A stretch of 28,345 nt of DNA from Verrucomicrobiales bacterium (lineage in GTDB: Bacteria > Verrucomicrobiota > Verrucomicrobiia > Verrucomicrobiales > V1-33): NCBI GenBank assembly GCA_031411295.1, contig JANOAV010000103.1, positions 1-28,345 of the forward strand, read 5' to 3'. Of the stretch, positions 7,531 through 16,801 are shown piece by piece (position 1 is the first letter of the stretch; every line of letters starts with the position of its first letter). The notes under the pieces were generated by a model that was given only the letters and a program-made list of their open reading frames with translations, was not told where the DNA came from and did no database searches. A program made the position numbers and the translations under genes.

Positions 7531-9828
7531 ATGATTTTCCGTTTCCTTCTGACTGTGCTAATTCCTGTTTCACTCGTAGCTGCTGAGCCCGACTTTGCGG
7601 CGGCGGATGCCCTGGGGAAACGCACGGAGGGGAAGGTCTTTGGGGATCGGGTGGACGTGCATTTTCCAACGGAGGGAGATCTGGCTTGGTATAAAGTGAA
7701 CGGAGCCAAGGGGGAGGAGTTTTTCTCGCTCAACCTGAAGACCGGGGAAACCAAGGCGGTGGCCAAGTCGGAGGTGCCGCAGTGGAAACCGAAGTCGGCG
7801 GCGGCGGTGAATGCGAATCGCTCGCGGAATACGGGGGGCGCGACGCAGTTGTTGTTTAAGAATGAGTCGGCGGGGGTGATCAAGCTGTTCTGGCTGGACC
7901 TTCAGGGTAAGGCGGTGAGTTATGGCGAGGTGGCTCCTGGAAAGGAAAGCAGCATGGGAACGTATGCCGGGCATGTGTGGCAGGTGCGGGATGCGGCGGA
8001 TAAACCACTGGGAAAATATCAGGCGGAGAGCGATAACACGGTGGCAATCATTGGCTCGCAACCGGCACCGGTGGCGGAGTCAGAAAAGAAGCGTCAGCGC
8101 AAACCACCACCGCCTTCGGCGTGGCGCATTGATTTGCGGGATCACAATGTTTTTGCGCATCCGCAGGCGGGTGGGGCGGACATTCCCCTAACCACTGATG
8201 GCACCGAGCAACAGGAATACCGGGGCCCGGTGGTGTGGAGTGGCGATGGCACGCATGTCGCCTTGTTCCGCGTGGAGCCGGTGAAGGCGGAGCGGCAGGT
8301 GCATTACATCGAATCTTCGCCCAAGGATCAACTTCAGCCGAAACACTCCACTCAGAACTACCCCAAACCGGGCGACCCGATTGAGCAGCGGCGGCTGTGC
8401 GTGTTCAACGTGGCGGAAAAGAAACAGGTTCCGGTGAGCGATGCGCTGTGTGCCACGCCGTGGAGCTTGGATAACTTGGAAGCGAGTGCGGATGGGAAAT
8501 CGTTCCGCGTGTTGTTTAACCAGCGGGGCCATCAGGTGCTGCGATTGCTCTCCATTGAGGCTGCGACAGGCTCGATGCGGGTCTTGGCGGAAGACGCTCC
8601 GAGGACGTTTGTGGATTACACGAACAAGGTCTGGCAGCAATTTCTGCCGGATGAAAAGGAATTCCTCTGGATGTCTGAGCGGGATGGGTTCAATCACATT
8701 TACCGCATCGAAACCGCCACTGGCAAGGTGCTGAACCAAGTGACCAAGGGGTCGTGGATGGTGCGCAAGGTGGAGCGCGTGGATTTGGAGGCGAAGCAAA
8801 TCTGGTTTACGGCCATGGGGGTGCGTCCGGGGCAGGATCCTTATTACAAGCATTTGTGCCGCGTGAATTTTGATGGCACGGGGATGACAATTCTCACTGA
8901 GAGCGATGGCACGCATCAATGGGATTTTTCTCCCGATCAGAAATTCATCGTGGATCGCTGGTCACGCTTGGATCAGCCGACCGTAACGGAATTGCGGTCG
9001 GCGGCCGATGGCAAACTGATCGCCAAGCTGGCGACGGGAGATTTCACCGCGTTGACTGCGACGGGTTGGCAACCGGCGGAACGTTTCGTGGCCAAGGCCC
9101 GAGACGGGACTACGGATATTTATGGCATGATTTGTCGGCCGACGAACTTTGATCCCGCCAAGAAGTATCCGGTGGTGGAGAAGATTTATGCCGGGCCGCA
9201 GGACTTCTTCGTGCCGAAAGATTTCCGGCTGGTGACACGGGATCGGGAGCTTTGTGAGTTAGGATTCATTCTGGTGCAGGTCGATGGCATGGGCACGAAC
9301 TGGCGAGGCAAGGCGTTCCATGACGTTTGTTTCAAGAATCTGGGCGATGCCGGCTTCCCGGATCGGATTGCGTGGATGAAAGCAGCGGCGGCCAAGCATC
9401 CGGAAATGGATCTGAGCCGTGTGGGCATCTACGGTGGCTCGGCGGGCGGACAGAATGCGCTGGGGGCGTTGCTGCGTCATGGCGACTTCTACAAGGCAGC
9501 GGTGGCGGACTGTGGCTGCCATGATAATCGGATGGATAAAATTTGGTGGAACGAGCAATGGATGAGTTGGCCGATCGGCAAGGAGTATGAGGAAAGTTCC
9601 AACGTGGTGAACGCGCATAAGCTGCAAGGGCATCTGCTGCTAACCTGGGGTGAACTGGATCACAATGTGGATCCGTCCAGTTCCATGCAGGTGGTGAACG
9701 CGCTGGTGAAGGCGAAAAAGGATTTCGAAATGTTCGTCGTGCCCGGGGCGGACCATGGGATTGGGGAATCGCCTTACATGCACAAGAAGCGCATGGCGTT
9801 CTTCCATCGGTGGCTCATTGGCGGATAG
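7531..9828 (+). CDS. Secreted S9B / DPP IV-like peptidase with a VHL-beta-like insert
   Basis: Signal peptide, DPPIV_N region (YPKPGDP), nucleophile GGSAGG, and acid/His motifs GELDHNV and GADHG. Start placed at MIFRFLL. Confidence 0.9.
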   Translation: MIFRFLLTVLIPVSLVAAEPDFAAADALGKRTEGKVFGDRVDVHFPTEGDLAWYKVNGAKGEEFFSLNLKTGETKAVAKSEVPQWKPKSAAAVNANRSRNTGGATQLLFKNESAGVIKLFWLDLQGKAVSYGEVAPGKESSMGTYAGHVWQVRDAADKPLGKYQAESDNTVAIIGSQPAPVAESEKKRQRKPPPPSAWRIDLRDHNVFAHPQAGGADIPLTTDGTEQQEYRGPVVWSGDGTHVALFRVEPVKAERQVHYIESSPKDQLQPKHSTQNYPKPGDPIEQRRLCVFNVAEKKQVPVSDALCATPWSLDNLEASADGKSFRVLFNQRGHQVLRLLSIEAATGSMRVLAEDAPRTFVDYTNKVWQQFLPDEKEFLWMSERDGFNHIYRIETATGKVLNQVTKGSWMVRKVERVDLEAKQIWFTAMGVRPGQDPYYKHLCRVNFDGTGMTILTESDGTHQWDFSPDQKFIVDRWSRLDQPTVTELRSAADGKLIAKLATGDFTALTATGWQPAERFVAKARDGTTDIYGMICRPTNFDPAKKYPVVEKIYAGPQDFFVPKDFRLVTRDRELCELGFILVQVDGMGTNWRGKAFHDVCFKNLGDAGFPDRIAWMKAAAAKHPEMDLSRVGIYGGSAGGQNALGALLRHGDFYKAAVADCGCHDNRMDKIWWNEQWMSWPIGKEYEESSNVVNAHKLQGHLLLTWGELDHNVDPSSSMQVVNALVKAKKDFEMFVVPGADHGIGESPYMHKKRMAFFHRWLIGG

Positions 9829-9903
9829 GAAAGCACGCCATTGCAGGCGGCTGCCGATGCAGAAGCGCACTTGAGTTACGGGGAGGCGAGCCCATGCTGC
9901 CGG

Positions 9904-10563
9904 ATGTCGATTTCGTTAGTTACAATTTTGGAGCACTCCAGCGTGGCCGCATCGGCCATCGCTGGGGCGGTGGCTGCGCGTGGTCGCAAGGTGGATTTAT
10001 TTGGCGTGTTGGTATTGGCGTTTGTGGCCTCCTTCGGCGGCGGCACCCTGCGGGATGTTTGCCTGGGGGATACGCCGGTGTTTTGGATTCGGAACTCCAG
10101 TCATGTTTTCACCGTGCTGATCGCAGGATTCATTACGTTTGTGGTCGCACGCTTTCGGGATTTGCCGTTGCCGGGATGGCTGCTGGAGTTGGCGGATGCG
10201 ATTGGCTTGGCGTTGTTTGCCATCTTCGGAACGCAGAAGGCCTTTACCCAGTTCGGGGCGACACCGCTGGCGGCAGTGGCGCTGGGAACGGTAACCGGGG
10301 TGGCGGGGGGATTGCTGCGTGACGTCTTGTTAAACGAAATCCCCCTCGTCTTCCGCAAGGAAATTCGTCTCTATGGCACCGCCGCAATCGTCGGATGCAC
10401 GGTGTTTGTCGCGCTTCTGAACTACGTTCCAGCCCTGCCCTCGCCTTGGCCATTCCTGATCGGCTCGGCCGTCATTCTCAGCCTGCGCCTGGCAGCGGTC
10501 CGCTGGAAACTGGCGTTACCTGAATTTCACGATCTCCGGGGGAAGCCGGGGGATCTGGGCTAG
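9904..10563 (+). CDS. UPF0126 / trimeric intracellular cation channel family membrane protein
   Basis: Two repeats, DLFGVLVLAFVASFGGGTLRDV and DAIGLALF...GVAGGLLRDVL.NEIPLVF. Confidence 0.92.
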   Translation: MSISLVTILEHSSVAASAIAGAVAARGRKVDLFGVLVLAFVASFGGGTLRDVCLGDTPVFWIRNSSHVFTVLIAGFITFVVARFRDLPLPGWLLELADAIGLALFAIFGTQKAFTQFGATPLAAVALGTVTGVAGGLLRDVLLNEIPLVFRKEIRLYGTAAIVGCTVFVALLNYVPALPSPWPFLIGSAVILSLRLAAVRWKLALPEFHDLRGKPGDLG

Positions 10564-11303
10564 AGATTGGCTCCGTGCGCCAAGAGTTCGCGATACGCCT
10601 TCAAGCTGGTCTGGACCGCCACCACGGAGGCTTCGACGCGAAGGTGCAGCGGAGCGTGAAAGGGAGTCTCAAAGACCATTTCCAACGCCCGGGGCCGCTG
10701 CTCTGGAGGGGCGCTGAGGATCCCCGGATAGCCTTCCCGGATGATCCCCCGGCTGGCCGGAAAGCCATCGATGGTGCAAGCCTCATTGCGCGGCAGCAAC
10801 CGGGAGGCAGCCGCCAACGCTGGTTCCAGCAAGTGTTCACTGAGGAGATCCCCGCTGACGAAGCCATAGAGACCGTCCGAAGTGTCGTCTTCATGCAGCG
10901 CAATGATGACATCGTAGCGCTCGGCCCGCAATTCAGCTTCGAGCTGCTGGACTTCATGCTGTTGTGACCCGCACCAGAACTCGCGGTTCAGATCCAAGCC
11001 CGCCCACGAATGACGCGTGTTAGCCACGATTCCAGTGGGATTGCACATGGGATAGAGATGGAGTTCGAATCCCGCCAAATCCCGCGGCATGGTCCACGCC
11101 CAATCTGCCAAGGCATGGGCGGCCAGGGTTCCAGCGGGTTCGTCGCCATGAATCCCCGCAAAGATCCCCACCTTCAGGGGATCGCCCGCGCCCGGAACTG
11201 CGGGACATTTCAACTGCGGCAAGGGTGGCAGCGGGCTCTCCTGACGTGCTAGGCAGGCTGCTAACTGGGATATGGTTGGATCGTTAAAAAGAGGGTGGGC
11301 CAC
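10560..11303 (-). CDS. M14 / succinylglutamate desuccinylase-aspartoacylase family hydrolase
   Basis: AGIHGDEPAG, P.CNPTG, DLNREF, LHED and FETP motifs. The start (GTG) is uncertain. Confidence 0.85.
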   Translation of the reverse strand: MAHPLFNDPTISQLAACLARQESPLPPLPQLKCPAVPGAGDPLKVGIFAGIHGDEPAGTLAAHALADWAWTMPRDLAGFELHLYPMCNPTGIVANTRHSWAGLDLNREFWCGSQQHEVQQLEAELRAERYDVIIALHEDDTSDGLYGFVSGDLLSEHLLEPALAAASRLLPRNEACTIDGFPASRGIIREGYPGILSAPPEQRPRALEMVFETPFHAPLHLRVEASVVAVQTSLKAYRELLAHGANL

Positions 11304-11410
11304 GGGGCTTGATGGGAAGTCCGACAGTTTACGCCAAGAACCTGGCGGTGTGCAAGGGGACGGGGAAACGAACTGGAAATCCGGCCAAGGCTGCGTTACT
11401 GATCCGGGCC

Positions 11411-12364
11411 ATGATGACCCTGCGCGATGAACTCCAACCTTTGCTAGCCAGTGCCGCCGCTGCGGGCGTGCGGCTGGGGACTTCCTCATGGAAATATGCC
11501 GGCTGGATGGGGCAGATCTATGAGGAGCAGCGGTATCTCTGGCACGGCAAAATTTCCACCACCCGCTTCGAACGCTCCTGCCTCCAAGAATACGCCGAGA
11601 TCTTCTCCACGGTCTGCGTGGATGCGGGCGACTACCGCTTCCCCGAGGCCCCGGCACTGGAAGCCATGGCGCGACAAGTGCCCCAGGACTTTCGCTTCAC
11701 GTTTAAAGTCACGGAGGATATCACCGTGAAGCGTTTCCCCGGCATGCCGCGCTATGGGCCTCGGGCGGGCAAAGAGAATCCTCATTTCCTCGATGCGTCG
11801 TTGTTCATCAATTCGTTCCTGCGCCCTTGCGAGGCCATTCGCGAATCGGTTGGGATGTTGATTTTCGAGTTCTCTCAGTTTCACCTGGCGGATTTCTCCC
11901 GGGGTCGGGAGTTCGTCCATGCGCTCGACGAATTCTTCGACGCGCTGCCCAAAGGATGGGATTATGGCGTGGAAGTGCGGAACCGCACGCTGCTGCATCC
12001 GGAATATTTCGCCATGTTAGCGCACCATCAAGTGACGCATGTTTACAACTCCTGGACCGACATGCCGGGGTTGGAGGAACAATGGAGCCTGCCTGGCGCC
12101 ATCACCCGTCCAGAGATGGTTGCCGCGCGACTCCTCCTGAAGCCAGGCCGGAAGTATCAAGCCGCAGTCGATGCATTCTCACCTTATGCCAGCATTCAGG
12201 AACCGCTACCTCCAGTGCGCGCGGCGGCGGCGGCTATGGTCCAACGCGGCCTGACACTCAAAAAGCCCAACCAAACGCTGATCTACGTCAATAATCGCCT
12301 TGAGGGCAACGCCCTTCAGACCATCAAAGCGGTGCTGGAACAGAGTAAACAATCCGCAGGATAG
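11411..12364 (+). CDS. DUF72 family protein
   Basis: RLGTSSWKY.GW.G.IY, F.FTFKV..DIT, GVEVRN and YVNNRLEGNA motifs. Confidence 0.9.
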   Translation: MMTLRDELQPLLASAAAAGVRLGTSSWKYAGWMGQIYEEQRYLWHGKISTTRFERSCLQEYAEIFSTVCVDAGDYRFPEAPALEAMARQVPQDFRFTFKVTEDITVKRFPGMPRYGPRAGKENPHFLDASLFINSFLRPCEAIRESVGMLIFEFSQFHLADFSRGREFVHALDEFFDALPKGWDYGVEVRNRTLLHPEYFAMLAHHQVTHVYNSWTDMPGLEEQWSLPGAITRPEMVAARLLLKPGRKYQAAVDAFSPYASIQEPLPPVRAAAAAMVQRGLTLKKPNQTLIYVNNRLEGNALQTIKAVLEQSKQSAG

Positions 12365-12425
12365 GGTTGGCACTTGCACGAGGGCTGCAAGCAGGGTTGC
12401 TTCGGCTTCGCTCTCCCCCACCCTT

Positions 12426-13457
12426 ATGCCGACCCCGCTCGAAGATCCGACTGCATTCCAGACCGCCATCACCCAATGGTTTTCGGCGCATGGAAAAGAC
12501 TACCCATGGCGCAGAACGGAGGATCCGTATGCCATTTTAGTTTCGGAAATGATGCTGCAGCAGACGCAAATTGCGACCGTGCTGGGGAAACGCTATTTCG
12601 AGCGTTGGTTGGAGCTGTTCCCCACCCCGCAGGCCCTGGCACAGGCTCCCGAACCCGAGGTCCTACGCGCCTGGGAAGGCCTGGGCTACTACCAACGAGC
12701 CCGGAACCTCCAGCGGGCCGCACGTGAAGTGGTGACACACCATGACGGGAAATTCCCCCGCTCGGTGGCGGAACTCCTCAAGCTCCCGGGACTGGGACGC
12801 TACACTGCTGGCGCGGTGGCGACCTTTGCGTTCGACGCCAGTGAACCCATCGTCGATGCGAACATCGCCCGGGTTCTGGCCCGACTGTTCAATTACCGTC
12901 TGCCCATCGATGCCGACGCTGGCAAAAATCAGATCTGGGCGTGGGCGGAACAGTTGGTGCCCCAGCGGCACGGCAGAATTTACAATAGCGGCCTGATGGA
13001 ATTGGGTCAGCGCATCTGCACCGGTCGTGCTCCTCAATGCGAACTCTGCCCGGTCGCCCGGCATTGTGCCGGACGCTGGGAGCAGCCTGAAACGCTCCCC
13101 CTGAAGCAGCCCAAGCGCTCGACGGTGCGACTCGTCGAACACGTGGCCTGGGCGGTCCGACGAGGGGAAATTTTACTCCACCAAGAGCAAGGGCAGCGTC
13201 GCCAAGGTTTGTGGAAGCTACCGGAGCGGGACGAGGCTTGGTTTACCCGCCATTTGTCCGCGGTGCTGCACGACAGTCACTACACCATTACCCACCATCG
13301 GGTGCGCCTTTTGGTTTATGAGGCCAGCACCCTTGTTGCGGGTCCAGACGAGAGCTGGCAGCCCTTGGATGACATCTCCACGCTGCCGATGCCGTCCCCG
13401 TATCGCAAAGTGGTGGAAGCGCTGCTTGGCAGACCTAATTCAATTAAGAAATCCTGA
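12426..13457 (+). CDS. mutY: A/G-specific adenine DNA glycosylase
   Basis: PWR...DPYAILVSEMMLQQTQ, WEGLGYY.RARNL, HhH LPGLGRYTAGA, VDANIARV, 4Fe-4S motif CTGRAPQCELCPVARHC, and a NUDIX-like tail. Confidence 0.96.
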   Translation: MPTPLEDPTAFQTAITQWFSAHGKDYPWRRTEDPYAILVSEMMLQQTQIATVLGKRYFERWLELFPTPQALAQAPEPEVLRAWEGLGYYQRARNLQRAAREVVTHHDGKFPRSVAELLKLPGLGRYTAGAVATFAFDASEPIVDANIARVLARLFNYRLPIDADAGKNQIWAWAEQLVPQRHGRIYNSGLMELGQRICTGRAPQCELCPVARHCAGRWEQPETLPLKQPKRSTVRLVEHVAWAVRRGEILLHQEQGQRRQGLWKLPERDEAWFTRHLSAVLHDSHYTITHHRVRLLVYEASTLVAGPDESWQPLDDISTLPMPSPYRKVVEALLGRPNSIKKS

Positions 13458-13589
13458 TAATAAGTAAAATCGAAACTAGCACTTATCACTATAAGAAATT
13501 GCGACTTTGATAAAAGCAATATCAGCTCTAAACGAAACCTTGTAAACTTCCTGTGAAATCCCCCTTGACAAGGAAACTTCGGAAAAACG

Positions 13590-13618
13590 TTCGCCAAGCA
13601 ACGAAACTGTGATATACT
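13590..13618 (+). promoter_or_regulatory. Putative extended -10 sigma70 promoter
   Basis: TG-A-TATACT at 13610-13618, 8 nt before the ATG at 13627, in an AT-rich intergenic region. Confidence 0.5.
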
Positions 13619-13626
13619 GTTGGAAT

Positions 13627-14157
13627 ATGGCTACCAGCACAAAACGAACCAGGTTTTCCCGACGTCTCCCAGATCATGTAACCGACGAACTCGTCAACGC
13701 CCTAACCATCAAAAAGACCTATGAGTTTAATACTCTCTTTGAGGCGGTTTATGAGCAATTGAAACTCCGTAACGCGGTAAGCGGCGGAGAGGAAATGCTT
13801 CGACTCCGCGCCTATGAGAAATTACAGAATCTCGTCTCTCGTGGTTTGGTTGAAAAAATTGGCAAAACATATCGTGGCTTAGAAGGCGTGCAAAATGCGC
13901 GCACTCCAGTTGCGATCCCACTGCCAGGAGCACTCCCGGTTGCCGTAACCGCGCCCGCTCCTGTCCCAGCGCCAGTCGTGAAGAAAGTAGAAGTGGTGGC
14001 AAAAGTCCTCCCGACGTATCCCAGCAATTCCAAGGTGACAACCACTGTCAGCAAGGTCTTGACCCCAAGTAAAGTGACCAGCATCACCAAGGTAACCTCC
14101 TCCAAGGTCGTAACCAAAGTGATCGGCAGGCCGCGTCCGAAAGTTGCAGCCCGCTAG
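13627..14157 (+). CDS. Hypothetical basic protein with helical N-domain and low-complexity P/A then K/V/T tail
   Basis: Clean ORF between a promoter-like site and a terminator. N-domain ..FSRRLPDHVTDEL..GGEEMLRLRAYEKLQNLVSRGLVEK..; repeated SKVT/KV units. Confidence 0.8.
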   Translation: MATSTKRTRFSRRLPDHVTDELVNALTIKKTYEFNTLFEAVYEQLKLRNAVSGGEEMLRLRAYEKLQNLVSRGLVEKIGKTYRGLEGVQNARTPVAIPLPGALPVAVTAPAPVPAPVVKKVEVVAKVLPTYPSNSKVTTTVSKVLTPSKVTSITKVTSSKVVTKVIGRPRPKVAAR

Positions 14158-14202
14158 TTGCGGATTGCTCCCTAAGACCAATTCACCTAACTTCTAAAAA
14201 CC

Positions 14203-14236
14203 ACGGCCCGGCAAGCATTCCGCCGGGCCGTTTTTT
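14203..14236 (+). terminator. Rho-independent terminator
   Basis: 10-bp stem ACGGCCCGGC/GCCGGGCCGT followed by a T-run. Confidence 0.9.
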
Positions 14237-14311
14237 GTGCCCTAACATATTTCGCTCGACGTCGAGCTGCACCGGTGGATTTTTGCACGCTCAAGGAGTG
14301 GTGCTTTGAGG

Positions 14312-14610
14312 TGATCCCGGAGGGATGTCTGGATGATCCCGGAGGGATGTCTGGATGATCCCGGAGGGATGTCTGGATGATCCCGGAGGGATCTCAGAAA
14401 TTTGCCGGGGGTTGAGCGACAGCGATACCCCCGGTATCCCGACGAAATGATCGCATCCCGGCAGGGATGCCAGAATAGGATCGTGCTAAGCCATTTTCTC
14501 TCATATTGCTGATTTGACATCCCTGCCGGGATGCGATTTTGTTGGTCCTCTAACCGGGGGTATCGCTATCGCTCAACCCCCGGCTAATTTCTGTCAAGCC
14601 TCCGGCTTGA
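14312..14610. repeat. REP doublet family 2 with a 22-bp tandem amplification
   Basis: TGATCCCGGAGGGATGTCTGGA occurs 3 times plus a partial copy (14312-14392). Inverted arms at 14395-14435 and 14553-14593; inner CATCCCGGCAGGGATG / CATCCCTGCCGGGATG palindromes. Confidence 0.88.
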
Positions 14611-14719
14611 ATCCGACAAGATTTCATCTTGAACACAATTTAGAATGAGTCGGCTTAGCGGGATGCTGGCCTCAGAAAATCGGCCTCTACAATTCACCGT
14701 TTCATAAATGGAAATGGTC

Positions 14720-15448
14720 TTACTGCTTCGTTCCCCAGATTTTTTCGACGACGGCAAACATCACGGGATCATACTCCTTGAGTTCCCCCCGCGTGAAGGG
14801 GAAAAAGTCATTGCGCACGAAGTAAGCTTCCGTGGCTTCTGCGAAGTATTCCTTGTGATTGCTGATGCCATACGCGCGCTCTTTGGACAGCGGCTTGCCC
14901 GTGCCATGCCAGCGTTGCACGCTGTCGTAGAGTTTGGCATCCTTGGCATGATGATAGGCGGCCAGGATTTCCGGCTGCTCAAAGGAAAGCACGCGATCAT
15001 GATAGGCATGGGCCAGTTCATGCAGGGTGAAGTTCGGCATCCGATCCATTTCCGCAGCGAAATTCTTGATCCCGCTGAACTCCACGCCCTTGGCCATGGC
15101 CGGATTGCGTTGGTTGGAGCGCAACCACCCAGCATCGGGGTGATACTCAGCCCCACTCCCCTTGTTGGGATAAGCAGGAGAGAACCACAGGGTTACCTTG
15201 CGCAGCTCCTGCACCGGACCAGGCGGCACCAAGCGCACGATTTCTACCAACTGCTTTTGCAGCAGCAGCAGTGCTGCTTCGGTGGTCTCCTTTTGCTCGG
15301 TTAAGAGCGTGGTCTGGATTTGCACCGACCAGCCTTCAAGCACCCGTGATTCGTAACTGCGGACGGGCTCAACTGGGGCCGCCGCTGGCTCCGCGGAAAC
15401 GAACGACCATGGGAGAAGTATGGAGAGGAGACGAAGGAAGCGTTGCAT
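14720..15448 (-). CDS. Secreted zinc metallopeptidase (HEXXH)
   Basis: Signal peptide, LHELAHAYH and a downstream EYFAE third-ligand motif. Start placed at MQRFLR. Confidence 0.85.
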   Translation of the reverse strand: MQRFLRLLSILLPWSFVSAEPAAAPVEPVRSYESRVLEGWSVQIQTTLLTEQKETTEAALLLLQKQLVEIVRLVPPGPVQELRKVTLWFSPAYPNKGSGAEYHPDAGWLRSNQRNPAMAKGVEFSGIKNFAAEMDRMPNFTLHELAHAYHDRVLSFEQPEILAAYHHAKDAKLYDSVQRWHGTGKPLSKERAYGISNHKEYFAEATEAYFVRNDFFPFTRGELKEYDPVMFAVVEKIWGTKQ

Positions 15449-15511
15449 GGCTCTGTCGCTACCAAACTCTTCGATTGATCGCAAGACCGCTTCTGCGGGG
15501 ACTGCGGAATA

Positions 15512-16207
15512 TTAGGTGCCTCGCTGGTTACCGAACAGATCAATGTGCAAGCGTCGGCAGTAGCGATACCCTTGTTGTTTGCAAATTTCCACCAACCACG
15601 CGTCGCGCGCGGCCAGGCTGATCGCGTCCCGCCCTTCTGGCATCAATAAGATTTGTGCGGCGGGGATGGAAAGCTCCAGGCTGGCGACCATGGATTGGAT
15701 CTCGCGCAAATCCTCCGGGCTGCTGACCACAAACTTTAGTTGATAGGGATATTCCTGTAACCACTGCCGGACCACGGCAGGTTGCCAGCGAGTCTTTTCA
15801 TGACGCGTGCGCCAAGTTTCATCGGCCTCAGAACTCAACGGAGTGGAATTTTCCAACTTCGGGCTGAGCGAAGCCAAATCACAAGCGATGCCGCCTGGAG
15901 CCACGGTGCCAGCAGTCTCAATCGTGATGTGGTATCGTAACGCGTGCAATTTAGCCGCCAGACTGGCGAGGCCGGGCGCAATCATCGGCTCCCCACCGGT
16001 TAGCACCACGTGGCGCGCGGGATGGGATTGCACAGCAGCGATAATTTCGTCTTCGCTCTGGTGCTGCCCTTCAGGCTTCCAGGAAGCGTAAGGCGTATCG
16101 CACCAGCGGCAGCGGAGATTGCAGCCGGACGTCCGCACGAAGACGCTGGGCACGCCTGTTAGGACACCTTCACCTTGCACGGAGTAAAATATTTCGGAAA
16201 TCAACAT
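15512..16207 (-). CDS. queE: 7-carboxy-7-deazaguanine synthase (radical SAM)
   Basis: EIFYSVQGEG, CNLRCRWCDT, TGGEP, IETAG, SPKL and RLH motifs. Confidence 0.93.
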   Translation of the reverse strand: MLISEIFYSVQGEGVLTGVPSVFVRTSGCNLRCRWCDTPYASWKPEGQHQSEDEIIAAVQSHPARHVVLTGGEPMIAPGLASLAAKLHALRYHITIETAGTVAPGGIACDLASLSPKLENSTPLSSEADETWRTRHEKTRWQPAVVRQWLQEYPYQLKFVVSSPEDLREIQSMVASLELSIPAAQILLMPEGRDAISLAARDAWLVEICKQQGYRYCRRLHIDLFGNQRGT

Positions 16208-16259
16208 GCATTATTCATCCGCGAGGGTTCGGTAATCGTAAATCAAGATTATTCCCCAT

Positions 16260-16799
16260 ATGTCTATTACAACCAAACGAGGCGACTCCGGCACCACTGA
16301 CTTACTCTTCGGACACCGAGTGCCCAAAACACATCCCCGCATGGCCGCTCTGGGCGCGGTGGATGAACTTAATGCAGCCCTGGGCTTCGTCCGCCTTTAT
16401 AGCACTCGCGAGTCCACCCGAGCCATGGTGGCACGGGTGCAGCAGGAATTAATCGCCATCATGGGCGTGGTGGCGGTCACGGTGGAGGATTTCCCCAAGT
16501 ATGAGGCCACGGGTTTTGCGAATCTGGCACCCGCCGCGTTGGATCGACTCACCGCGGAAGCGCAGGCCTTGGAGCTTGCACTGCCGCCCCAGAAAGGCTG
16601 GGTGCTTCCGGGCAGCAAGGGGCATCCGGGTTCCACTTATTTGGATTTTGCCCGGACCGTGAGTCGGCGGGCGGAGCGGGAAATTGTGGGACTGGAGGAG
16701 GCTAACGCACTGGCTAATTCGCTGCTGCTGCCTTATTTCAATCGCCTGAGCGATCTGTTATGGCTGCTGGCCCGGGTGGAGGAAACTACGGACGTTTAG
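16260..16799 (+). CDS. PduO-type cob(I)alamin adenosyltransferase
   Basis: ITTKRGDSGTT, GAVDELNA, ARTVSRRAER and NRLSDLLWLLAR motifs. Confidence 0.93.
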   Translation: MSITTKRGDSGTTDLLFGHRVPKTHPRMAALGAVDELNAALGFVRLYSTRESTRAMVARVQQELIAIMGVVAVTVEDFPKYEATGFANLAPAALDRLTAEAQALELALPPQKGWVLPGSKGHPGSTYLDFARTVSRRAEREIVGLEEANALANSLLLPYFNRLSDLLWLLARVEETTDV

Positions 16800-16801
16800 T
16801 C

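Noticed and set aside
13565..13570. Perfect TTGACA as the -35 of the 13627 gene
   Set aside because: No -10 hexamer at 16-18 bp spacing; it lies too far from the TATACT at 13613.
14312..14392. Possible CRISPR array
   Set aside because: The 22-bp units are contiguous and identical with no unique spacers, and there are no cas genes; this is a tandem amplification of a REP palindrome.
15512..16207. queE as part of a 7-deazaguanine DNA-modification (dpd) system
   Set aside because: There are no dpdA/tgt-like, queC/queD or folE genes nearby; the context is housekeeping.
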